A stretch of 64,000 bases of DNA from Phoronis australis (taxonomy: Eukaryota > Animalia > Phoronida), in contig NMRA01000483.1 in assembly GCA_002633005.1 (NCBI GenBank), positions 246,804 through 310,803 on the forward strand. Direction: 5' to 3'. A program made the position numbers and the translations under genes. The notes below the pieces were generated by a model that was not told the DNA's origin, made no database searches, and saw nothing but the letters and a program-made list of their open reading frames with translations. Positions within the stretch are counted from its first letter, which is position 1. Every line of letters begins with the position of its first letter. Shown piece by piece: positions 53,311-64,000 of the stretch.

Positions 53311-55250
53311 TACAAGAGCAATGCAGAGCATTGAAATGCACCTACGACTGCACCATCAAAGGTGTGCTTATTTATTTGTATCATAAAAAATGGCCATTAG
53401 ATGGCACAGATCACATTGGACTCATCCAAAAATGGGAAGCAATGAGTCTCCTCGTCTTTCAAAATTATTTACCAAATTTCATGACAATCCACCAAAGAAC
53501 TTCAAAAGATACAATGGCAAACATAAAAAACTGCCATTATAGGAACCACATCAGTAGACGAATCCGTCCAGTTGCCATCTTCATAACGGATATTTGTTTG
53601 CCCAATTTCATGAAAAAGCATCAAGGAACTCTGAAGTTACAGAGGCAAATGCAAAAAAAATGAAATTGCCACTAGGGACCACAGCTGTGGTTGGAATGGC
53701 CTGGAACTGGCCAACATCAAATGCCTTCTCCATAGGAACATATCTGCTGAGTTTCGGAAAGATCTTGCATAGGGTAAATGAGGGAGGTACAGCTGTGGAC
53801 AAAAAAAAAATCTGAGGAGGGGGTGCCAGAGTAATTGAAAACGTCCGAAAATTAACGTTAGGCTCAGTCTTCTCACCAGGAAGACATCTCCAAGTTTTAA
53901 CAATGATCCTTCAAGTGGTTTTGTGAATGGACAGGATGATGTCAAAAATGTACTAAACAAATTTTTTAGTACCCACCATGAGACGCAGAATATGTCAAAT
54001 CCGCCAAAAATGAGAAGGCATCGTCATTTCCTTAATAGAAAGATATCTGCAAGATTTCGCAATACTGAAAATGTCCGTTATTATGTAAAATTTCTCCGAA
54101 AACTGGAACCTGTAGACTCTTTAATAGAAATCTATAAATTTCATGAAAACCTGCCAAGGAGCTTCAAAGATACAAAGGACATCGAATAAAATAAAATTGA
54201 CACAAGGGGACACAGCGCTAGTTGTAGCCACCCAAATGTTGGCATTCAGTTGTCCATTGCCAACTTCTTACAAATACACTTGCCATATTTAATGAAAATC
54301 CTGCAGAGGGTTTGGGTGATACAGTCATAGGCGCTAATGCAACTAGGCGACACTACAGTAGTCCGAGTCATCCGAAAATCACCATCAGCCGTACTCTTCA
54401 CAGTAGAAACATAAATGTCAATTTTCAAAATCATCCTAAGAGTGGTCTGGTTGATAGAGGGGTGGATGCCAAAAACAGACTAAAAACAATGGTGAAAAAT
54501 ACATCAAATCTATCTGAAAACTGTAAAATGTTATCCTTTCTTTAATAGAAAGCTATTTACCAAATTTCTCTCAAGGAACTTAAGAGAAACAGAGGAAAAT
54601 CGGAAAAAATGAAATTGCCACCAGGGGGCACAGCATTCCTCGGATCGGTCTGAAAGTCATCGTAGTCCGTTGCCAACTTTAAATAAGTACACCTGCTAAA
54701 TTAAGATCCTGCTCACGGTTTTGGAGATACAGCCATGAGTGCAAAAAATAAAACTGATACTAGGAGGCACCACAGCAGTCGAAGTCACCGGGAATCCATC
54801 GTTAGCCATCCTCTTCATAGTAGGAACATATATGCCAATTTTCACAATCATCCTTAGAGGTTGATAGAGGCGGATGCCAAAAAAGCTGACCCAAAACAGT
54901 AAAAATGGCCAATAGGTGCCGCAAAATACCTTGAATCCATCCGAAAATGGGAACATAGCGCCACTTCACTAATAGATGCCTATCTACCAAATTTTACGAA
55001 AATCCGTTGAGGACCTTTGACGATACAGAGGTAATCGTAAAAGAATAAAATTGCCACTAGGGGACACGCGTTTGGCCGATCCGTACAAAAGTCCGTTAAT
55101 GTCGTCCCATCTATGAAAGAAACACGTGCAAAATTTCATAAACACACATCAAAGGGATTTGGAGATAGAGCAGTGGACGCTGGATGCCAGGCAGACGCCA
55201 GATGGACAGGGATGATGACATAAATATATGATTGGGCGCATAAAAAAACG
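53311..55250 (+). mobile_element. Helentron/HINE-like element with both ends and a long internal tandem array
   Basis: Starts acaagagcaatgc-aga-gcattg (hairpin) plus atgcacctac. Array of ~130-150 bp subunits. Ends with a ggacg-type microsatellite and tgggcgcataaaaaa. Confidence 0.65.
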
Positions 55251-57904
55251 ATTTTAAAGTGTTCAGACTGAGTGTTATAACCTTTAAATCAGTATTAAAT
55301 GTTATAATCAACTGCAACTCCAAAAGATTACCAAATGTCTACAACCTAATTCCGCAGCTAATTTATACTGTTCAAAACTAGATTAAAGTCTGCAGTTTGT
55401 CAAATGTAAATTTACGGAAACCTTTCAATTTCGAACAAAAATGATTGCCAAAATAGCATTTACCTATTTTTCAGATGGTTAAGTTGTTAATATATAAAAA
55501 ATTACAAAAGTTTTGTTTTAAGATCATACAAGTAGCTGCTCATTACCTATCATGCTACTGATAATGTCAAGTTTTTCTAAATAATTATTTTATTGAGAAA
55601 TTTGACAAAATAAAATTTCACGTCTACCATCTTGTGTGCTAAACTGAAGAGTGTGTAACTTTTACAAGCCTCTCAATTTTCAAGACAATGGAAAAGTTTA
55701 GGAAGTTTCTCGGGAAGCTTTATCAGCCCCAACAGACATACTACACAGAGCAATTATAAATTACCTCCAAGGCAAGTCTGCTAAAAATTCTTCAATTTGG
55801 TGCAATCCCTAAAAATTGGGACAGCAATGTTACAGTAGAAATTGAACTTTCTTTAAATCTGAAGAATGGGACATGAGCAATTTTGGCGTTTATCATTTCT
55901 AAAATTTCGGACACTGCATGTGGTATTGACGACTAAGACTGGCAATTAATAAAATTGTTGGAAATCGCAACTGACGAAACGTAAGCATAACCAATGGATC
56001 ATCAGATGTCTAATCAGAGTACTTAATGAGCATTCATGCATGTTTTCAGAAAACCATCCTGCTTTTTGATTTAAAGGCAAGTGAACGCTATATTAGTTTG
56101 CTGTAGATAATAATTTGGCAATGGCAATTTTGAGTAAATTTTCCCACCTGTTCATTTTCAAGATTCAATTTTGATAGATTGATCTTTCTATGCAGTTCAT
56201 TTCCCACAACAGTACTTGCATGCTCACGAAATTTGGGGTTTGCAAATAGCAATCAGTTGGGTACAACTTGCTAGAATTTTGAAACTGAAATCTTCACTGA
56301 AAAAGACGAGACAGATGTGGTAGGATTTTAATTTTGTCATACGGATATTTGCCACAAGAAAAACGCGTACTAGAGTCTCGAGACTTTAGATGGAAAATGT
56401 AACATCATGATAGAAATGCAAGATCTCACTGACACAGTGCTTCTCACATCAGAAGTCGAGCTCATTGACCAAACCCAAATAAAATAGCTGCCAGTTAGCT
56501 GCTTGGAATGTTGAATTATGGAGTAACTTAGACAACCAACACTAACAGTCAGACAATGTTCACCATTTGGGTTGTACCAGATGAATTGTCTTAGGGCAAG
56601 TATCTCACAGGCAACTAGCATTCTTGACAGCACACCAGCAAATTTCTTTGTGACACCAGATCCCATTCATGAGCACCAAAAGGTTATCACTCCTACAGTC
56701 TACATGTTGACTGGTTAGTTGGAAAGAAGTGAAGTAATGATGCCAATCTCACCAGTGCATGACAAGCTTGTCAATAGCAGTCAGATCAGTTGTGGAGAAA
56801 TGGGTCATTGCTGGAGTGGACCAGGATCATAATGCGACACTAAATGGGATTCCTGCAACGAAACGCTACCCAGTGCCCATGCTTCACTTGCAGTGCATAC
56901 AGGCAATATGTTGCAAAGACTTGTGTGATTTAGCCAAAGCAACGACCATGGACCGGGGTGGGGAGGAACATGAGACACTTGATATTCCACCACAAAAAAT
57001 AGTATGAAGGTGGTTGAGAAAGGGGGTCCAGAGCTCCCCCCTTCCTGAATCCACATTCGGGCTGGTGTATCTTTCTTACATGCTTACATTGTGCATATGG
57101 AATGTTTCAAAAAGAAGGAACTCCCTGTCACATGATTTCTGTATGAGTTCGTGATTTTACTGGAAAAGATTATAGTCAACACTGATCTAAAGCTCAGTCA
57201 ATGTTCTGGTGACAAACCTAAGGGCCACTGCAGAGCTAGAACTTGAGCAGACTGCTGTGAGTGAGCAATATCTAGCTGAGAGTTGACAGCTAAGTTGAGA
57301 CCCGTTGACTGAGCAAGTGGCTTGATCATTCATGGTTGTCATACATTCACTCCTTGATGCAAGCTAGTAACTCAGCTCTCAGTCCATTTGTAGCAGATGG
57401 CTCAGCTGTAAACCCACTTTCCAGGTTGCCCAATGTAGGGGCAGAGTACAAAAGTGCAAGATTAGATCACTTACCTATAACAAAATGGAATGTGCTTAGC
57501 ACCAGTCTCTATCAGATTGTTTTCACGAGGTAAAGGTTTACAACAGCTTTAAACACCTCACAAACCCAAAGACAATTGTACATGTAATGAATCCATCAGA
57601 CAAACTTGCAGGCATTGAGTTGCAATGCCGACATCAAGAAATTGACAAATTGGGCAAGTATCAGTGATGGGTTCCTAATTTGTTCTTCCATTAACTGAAG
57701 AGCGCCTGACATTTTAAAAAGTAGGTCAATCATGCATTTGCAAATTCCAACCCCTATGAAAGAGAAGTGTTCACTTTAGGGTTTCTTTGCTGATAAGGAA
57801 ATTAGTCAGCATGTACGGTAATTACACCTTGTACAGTCATAGAAAAATAATGGTAATACTAGTAATAACAAGACCAAATTTTGTTTCCTACCTAAATGTC
57901 CAAG

Positions 57905-59110
57905 AAATTCAACAATAGCAACATGGAGCGTTGAAATGCGTCCACGGATGCATCGCAAAAGGTGTGCTTTTAGGGCTATTTTATTTGTATCATAAAAATG
58001 GCAACTAGCTAGCGCAAAAATGTACCATCCATCCAAAAAAGGGAAAATGCTATATTTCATAACAAGAGCACTGCGGAGCGTTGAAATGCACCCACGAATG
58101 CCTTGCAAATGGGATGCTTTTAGGGTTTTTCATTTCGTATCATAAAAATGGCCACTAGATGCCGCAAAAACATACAATTAATCCAAAAACAGGAACATGC
58201 CATATTTCATAAAAATCTGTCAAGGAACTTCAGAGAAACAAAGGAAAACAGAATAAAATGAAATTGCACAGTGTCCGTTGGATCTGCTTGAAAGTCATCG
58301 TCTGTAAATGTTATCTTCAAAAAAATACATTTACTAAATTTAGTAAAGATCCTGCAGTGGGTTTAGGAGATACAACTATGGACGCAAAACAAAACTACCA
58401 CTAGGAGGTGCCACAGTAGTCAGTCACCATCATCAAAGGTCGTCTTCACACTGAGAACAAATATGCCAATTTTCAAATGATTTGGTTGATACAAGGGTGG
58501 ACGCCAAAAACAAGACTTGAAAACAGCAAAAATGGCCACTAGGTGGTGCAAAATACCTCGATTCCATCCAAAAACAGGAAGATATGAAAATCTGTTGAGG
58601 ACCTTTGAAGATACAGAGTTAAACTTAATTAAAACTAAAATTGCCACTAGGGGCACAGTAGTAGTCAGATCTGTCCAAAAGTCGTCATCATCCGTAGTCA
58701 ACATCATATAAATACACTTGCTAAATTAAGTAAAGAAATAAAATTGCCACTAAGGGGCACACCGGTTCGGATCTGTCCGAAAGTCGTTGTCGTCTGTTGT
58801 TAACATTATATAAATATACCTACAGAATTTTGTAAAGATCCTGCGAACAGTTTAGGAGATACAGCCATAGGCGCAAAAATCTACCACTAGGAGGCGACAC
58901 AGTAGTTGAAATAGTCGGAAAATCATCGTCAACCATCCTCTTCATAGTAAACACATACATGCCAATATTCACAATCATCCTTTGAGCGGTTTGATTGATA
59001 GAGGGGTGGATGCCAAAAAACAGACTCGAAAACAGTAAAAATGACCACTGGGTGGTGCAAATTACGTCAAATCCATCCGAAAACAAGAGGATAGTTTCAT
59101 TTCACTAACG
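57905..59110 (+). mobile_element. Helentron/HINE-like element, duplicated start and missing far end
   Basis: aacaagagcactgcggagcgttgaaatgcacccacg at 58061 and a related copy at ~57911; same subunits as the 28900 copy. Confidence 0.65.
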
Positions 59111-59587
59111 TTCAAGGGACCTTCCAATTTATCTTCCGTTCGTCAGAACCTGTAAGAGTCGACTTACAGGGCCAGAGGCAACCATGTTTTTTGACATCCT
59201 CATGCGAGGTTGGACGACATATTCGCAAATTACCGTCAAGAGCCTCTTCGCTTACTCTGTTCGTAATGTTGCTGTTTTTAGTTGATGTAAGCGTTCTGAA
59301 GATGTCGCGAGGGGTGTTATGAGCATGCGCATTAGACCAAGCACTTGAAGTTATTTGTGCTTTTCGCTTTGCCGTGAATGTTGGCGATTGAAGTAGGAAA
59401 ATCTTGAGGTATGTATTGTTTTTATTGGTTTCGATGTCAACAAATGGAAGCAATGAACATGTTGCTGTAGCAGATAAAATGTTTGAGTCAAATTACTTTC
59501 AGATTTGACATGTTTGGGCTATTCCGAGTGCCCGGCAGACGGCCATATTGACTATCAGTTGTGTACCTTTCTCTTATTATAGTACAT

Positions 59588-62500
59588 CAGGGCTCGACGC
59601 TACTAAAATTGCCATTTTGCGACCTAGCCAGAATCCCAGGTCGCATTTCCAAAATCCAGCTCGCATTCATAAATGCCAGGTCTCAAAATTTTTCTTCCAT
59701 TTTTACGTGCCAAATTGATTTTAGATCATTGAGCAAATGTTTAGATTATGCTCTTTCCTGCCGCATTAAATACTCACAAATTTCTGATCCCAAAACTGAC
59801 TTCGTCCATGCAGGTACGGCGCTACTGTTCTTCACGACCGTCATTGAAAGTCTCTAGGGCGCAAGTCAAGTTCCTGACATGAAAGTTGAATTAGTGCTCC
59901 CTAACTGACACGTGCAAAACAAAAATGTGGTACTTATGCTGTTTACGTACTCAACAATTAGTTTTCCATGAAGTGAATAGCCTCCAAATAATTCCCGACT
60001 CCCTCCGTGCGAGTTTCCATCTGGTAATGGCAAGTTTGCTCAATACTTTACAGGTATGGGAAAAATAGGTTAGTCACAAAACGACACGCATGTCACTAGT
60101 GTTAACTTTCTTTCGGATGTATAAAACAAAGCCGGGATTTGGTTTTTACATATTGAGAAAAGACGTTTTTTGAAAACAGAATTTGTTGTGTAAAATGAGA
60201 GTGACACACCATATAGGCTGCGAGTCAATTTTCAACCACACGCGGTCGTTTGTAGTGCGATATGATGGGCGCTAACCTAAACTGTGGGCGCTTAATTAAA
60301 AATTCTCAAAAGTTGAGGGGGAAGGCTTAGTAGATCAGTGAGCGCTTACTGTGAAACACTTCAAAGGTTTGTGCGTTAGCATAGTCGTTAAAACCTGAGT
60401 GTTTGCAGTAATAAGATATTAAAAGACTACAATGGTAAGAAACGTTATAATAATACGATTTTGCGAGGCAAACTCCATCTAGTAGGGGTGACTTTCTGCA
60501 TATCGTTGCCACCTACACTGTACCCTTTTTAGCCACCCGGAATAATTTTGTTTTTAATTGTTTCTATTGAAGTCTGAAANGGAGGTGTATGAACAGAAGA
60601 ATAAAAAGTTTGCTAACCATAATTTCGCATCTAGTACCCGTTTGGTTGCAATAGCTGGCTGGCTACGGGCATAGAATATAGGATTTAGAGAACATCGACC
60701 TCGAGAAACATCGGAACCGGAAAATATCAGTTCTGGGTTACTTTCGTCCCGGGGAATATCGTAAAGCATCAGGTCTTTTATAACCGCCGGAAATCTATGA
60801 GTTCATTTTCAAATAAACCATTGGCATCCGGGTGCTTAACAGAGCCAAGCCGGAATACTCTTTTATTTAGGACTGCCGCTGTTCTCTTTTGATGTGCAGC
60901 TTTGAAACGGTGCGCATGTATGAGTTCACGCACTTGAATTGCTGGAATAGGCCTACACTTTACATTGCCAACAACGTACTGTGAAAGACAAATCATATTT
61001 CGCGCACGTAGCCGCAGAAACAAGTAGTGGGGTTTGAGAATTTCTTGGCAACTGAAAGTGAAGATGTGATCTTCGTTTGGGGATTAATAGGTTGTCGTTT
61101 TCACTTTGGCTGTCTTATGGGATAAAAACGAGGCGCACATATCTAAGTCACGATTGTCTTGCCGGGACCGCTTGCACGCTAACAATGGGACCGACCAGCG
61201 CCGCACAACAGTGGCACGATATAGGGTATAGTGAAAACGCACATTTTAAAATGTGCCGATTATTGAGGGTGAAATCGACACATTTTGTTTCGCGACCAAA
61301 ACCCGCGGAAACTTCCTAATCATGCCCGGAGTAACAAAAGTCCGCAAACCTCAAATCTCAGTCCCGACTCCGCTCCGCCAATGAGAACTTACCCGTGCGC
61401 CCCCTGTCTTCAACTGGCCAGTACGGACGTGCGCCCCCTGTCTTCCACTGGCCAGGCTCCGACCCGACAGCTACCGAGATTCCGCGCTCCGCCGCCGATA
61501 GTCATATACACATTTTTTTGTACTCGCAAAATTTTTCAACCCAACGTTTCTGAAAGCGACACAAATGGCCAATAATCGACACATTTGCTCGGAACTTAGA
61601 AGAAAATTTTGCACATTTACGCAGGGGACAGACCAGCAGCTGCGCTCCGGCCTCGGCACCGCAGACCACGCAAGCTGCCGGACTTGATACTCCCGTGGAC
61701 CGTCGTCTGGGGAGTTTTCACAGAGTACACGGGACACGACTAGGGACTGTATCCCGGCCTGCCGATAGACCCCGCTTTATGCTTACACCGTGGACCTCCG
61801 TCTGTGGAAACGTATCGGGCTACAGCGGAGCGCGGCTGCTGGTCTGTCCCCCTGCTTAAATGTGCGATATTTTCTAAGTTCCGAGAAAATGTGTCGATTA
61901 TTGGCCATTTGTGTCGCTTTTCAGAAACGTTGCTTTGAAATTATAACAAAGGTAAGCATACAGCGAGGTCTATTGGCAGGCGGGGATACAGTCCCTAGTC
62001 GTGTCCCAGGTACTCTGTGAAAACTCCCCAAACGGCTGTCCACAGGGTCAAGTCCGGCAGTTTGCGGGGTCTGGGGTGCCGAGGCCGGAGTGCTGCAGGC
62101 CGGTCTGTCCCCTGCGTATTAATGTGCAAAATTTTCTAAGTTCCGAGAAAATGTGTCGATTATTGGCCATTTGTGTCGGTTTCAGAAACGTTGCTTTGAA
62201 AAATTACTTAAGTCCCACGAAATGTGTCAATTATTGGCCATTTGTGTCGCTTTCTCAAAGGTGCTTTGAAAATGTAACAAAAAGCAAACGTATCGGGGTC
62301 AAGCGGCTGGCCAGTATATAGTCCCTTGTCGGGTCCCGGCAATATCTGTGAAAAGTCCTCAGCTGGAGCTTGCGGGGTCTGCGCTGCCGAGGCTGGAGCG
62401 CGGCTGCTCAGGTCTGTCCCCTGCGTAAATGTGTAAAATTTTCTAAGTTTCTAGAAAATGTGTCGATTATTGGCCATTTGTGTCGGGTACCTCAGTGTTA

Positions 62501-63495
62501 AAACTCCCCACACGGCGGTCCACGGTGTCAAGTCCGGCAGTTTACGGGGTCTGCGGTGCCGAGGGCGGAGCGCTGGCAGGCCGGTCTGTCCCTGCGTTGG
62601 CGGTCGTGATGCCGCGGACTAAGTGCCGACCGGCATATATATTTTATGTGGTCTCCCAGTATGGCATCTGGAGCGGTCCACATACTAAAAGGCCTGATCG
62701 GCTGCCCTGCGGCCACGTATCCATTAGGCCTACGGTTGGCGGAGGACCGTCCAATTGGAAGAAATTCGCGTCCGCTCATTGTCCCGGTACCGGAAAGTGA
62801 CGATCCAGTAGGTGATCGTAGTTTAATCAGCAAGTTTTTGCGGGTTTTAGTTGAGAAACGAAATGTGTCGATTTCACCGTCAAAAACCAACACATTTTAA
62901 AATGCACGTTTTCACTTTACCCTATATCGTGCCATATATCATGCCGTAGTGCGATATCAGGGATATTGTCGTGGATATTTGGTAAAGGTAATAAGGACAT
63001 CTTTAAAGTGAAAAACAAACATATTTGTCCACCACAAAGTTTGATAAGTTGATCGCTTAAGAATTGATAGAAACACCACTGTTTTGTGAAGTTTTATGTG
63101 GCCCGATACTTTCTTCGGTAAATCCGGATATTTGCAAAAGTGGCCAAAAATGTTAGCCAATGAAAAAAATGTTAGCCAATGAAACGCGTCAAAGATCGAT
63201 TCTGCATATCCCATGGTCACGCGACTTGCTTACAAGTCATCGGGAGGGCTGTTCTCAGTTAGTGGTCTTTTGAACTTGGATTTGGCAACAACCAAGTAAT
63301 GGTCGGATTAACAACAGTTGCTTTATATTTGCCAGGGCAGCCAGGTATCTGCCGAGAAGTGTAAAAACTCAGCTCGCATTCGTTGGAAATTCCAGGTCGC
63401 ATTTTGCAACTTGACACCAGCTGACAAAAATCTCAGCTCACATTTCCAAATTTCAGGTCGCAAATGCGACCTGCAGCTTGTTATGTCGAGCCCTG
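59588..63495. mobile_element. hAT-like non-autonomous element containing a nested foldback element
   Basis: TIR cagggctcgac / gtcgagccctg, shared caggtcgca and cagctcgcatt subterminal motifs, and flanks tagtacat / tatatcat (5/8 match). Confidence 0.6.
61213..62933. mobile_element. Foldback-type DNA element with ~100-bp TIRs and internal GC-rich inverted/tandem units
   Basis: ggcacgatatagggta.agtgaaaacg..cattttaaaatgtg.. occurs at both ends in inverted orientation. The internal unit (ggtctgtcccctgc..ttttctaagttccgagaaaatgtgtcgattattggccatttgtgtcg) occurs once reversed (~61520-61790) and about three times forward (~61820-62600). Confidence 0.8.
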
Positions 63496-64000
63496 TATAT
63501 CATACTATATGGTCGAGGGCTACTTAAAAGTAGGCAATGACCATCGCCTCTGTTGGCCCGAAGCAGAGGCGATGCAGAGGCTATAGGCGCTCTGTACGCC
63601 GGAAGCTTTTCGGCGAATTATGCCTCGCACCGACTAAACCATCAGAGTCACGTTGTTATAAATACCTTTTGCGCATAGAGGAACACCTTAGGAGGTTGTC
63701 GATGTGTTAAGTCCTTCCAACTCAAACAAATACTCCCGTTAGGAAACTTTTTCTTCGAGCAGTCCCTATTTCAGTTCCCAAAATCGTGAAATCAAAATTT
63801 TCATTTTTTTAACCAGGCCGAAGGTCAGAAGTTGCGGTCCTACCGGCAAACTTTGAAAGCTGAAGTTCCCGCCCTTTGCGTACGTGCTGCCGGGAACCAG
63901 CCGTGCATTTGCCGTGTTGTTAAACATTAAAATGTCAAATATGTGCACAAAGACTATTAAATGTCATATCAACAGCATTTATTTTTATCAAATACAAACA

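Noticed and set aside
56350-57060. LTR-retrotransposon gag relic (SCGEMGHC knuckle-like)
   Set aside because: Only one degenerate motif; no LTR or pol evidence.
60554-61023. Transposase or recombinase remnants inside the hAT-like element
   Set aside because: No recognisable catalytic motifs in the frames examined.

Overview
AT-rich, repeat-dense draft assembly of an animal genome, probably a marine invertebrate (inferred from spliced genes and repeat types). It has single-N contig joins at 1898, 6324, 7092 and 60580, and gaps at 13044-13072 and ~35400-35766. I reconstructed four genes by hand. (1) Minus-strand exons of a CxC6/KDZ-type transposase-like gene (720-2754, one frameshift). (2) An intact six-exon plus-strand DUF3987/YfjI-like P-loop NTPase gene (7255 to the gap at 13043). 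It lies inside a ~9 kb segment bounded by long inverted repeats (4296-4742 and 13073-13303) and points away from the KDZ gene. (3) An intronless SGNH/PC-esterase-like type II membrane protein (26975-28060). (4) A six-exon minus-strand secreted protein of about 392 aa with a duplicated Cys-rich module around one Ig domain (41735-51022). The rest is transposon debris: Kolobok-like TTAA elements, Harbinger-, hAT- and mariner-like MITEs, Helentron/HINE-like arrays rich in CTCF-like motifs, a foldback element nested in a hAT-like element, and decayed LINEs. The best candidate for an undescribed system is the inverted-repeat-bounded DUF3987 element and its possible link to the KDZ transposase.
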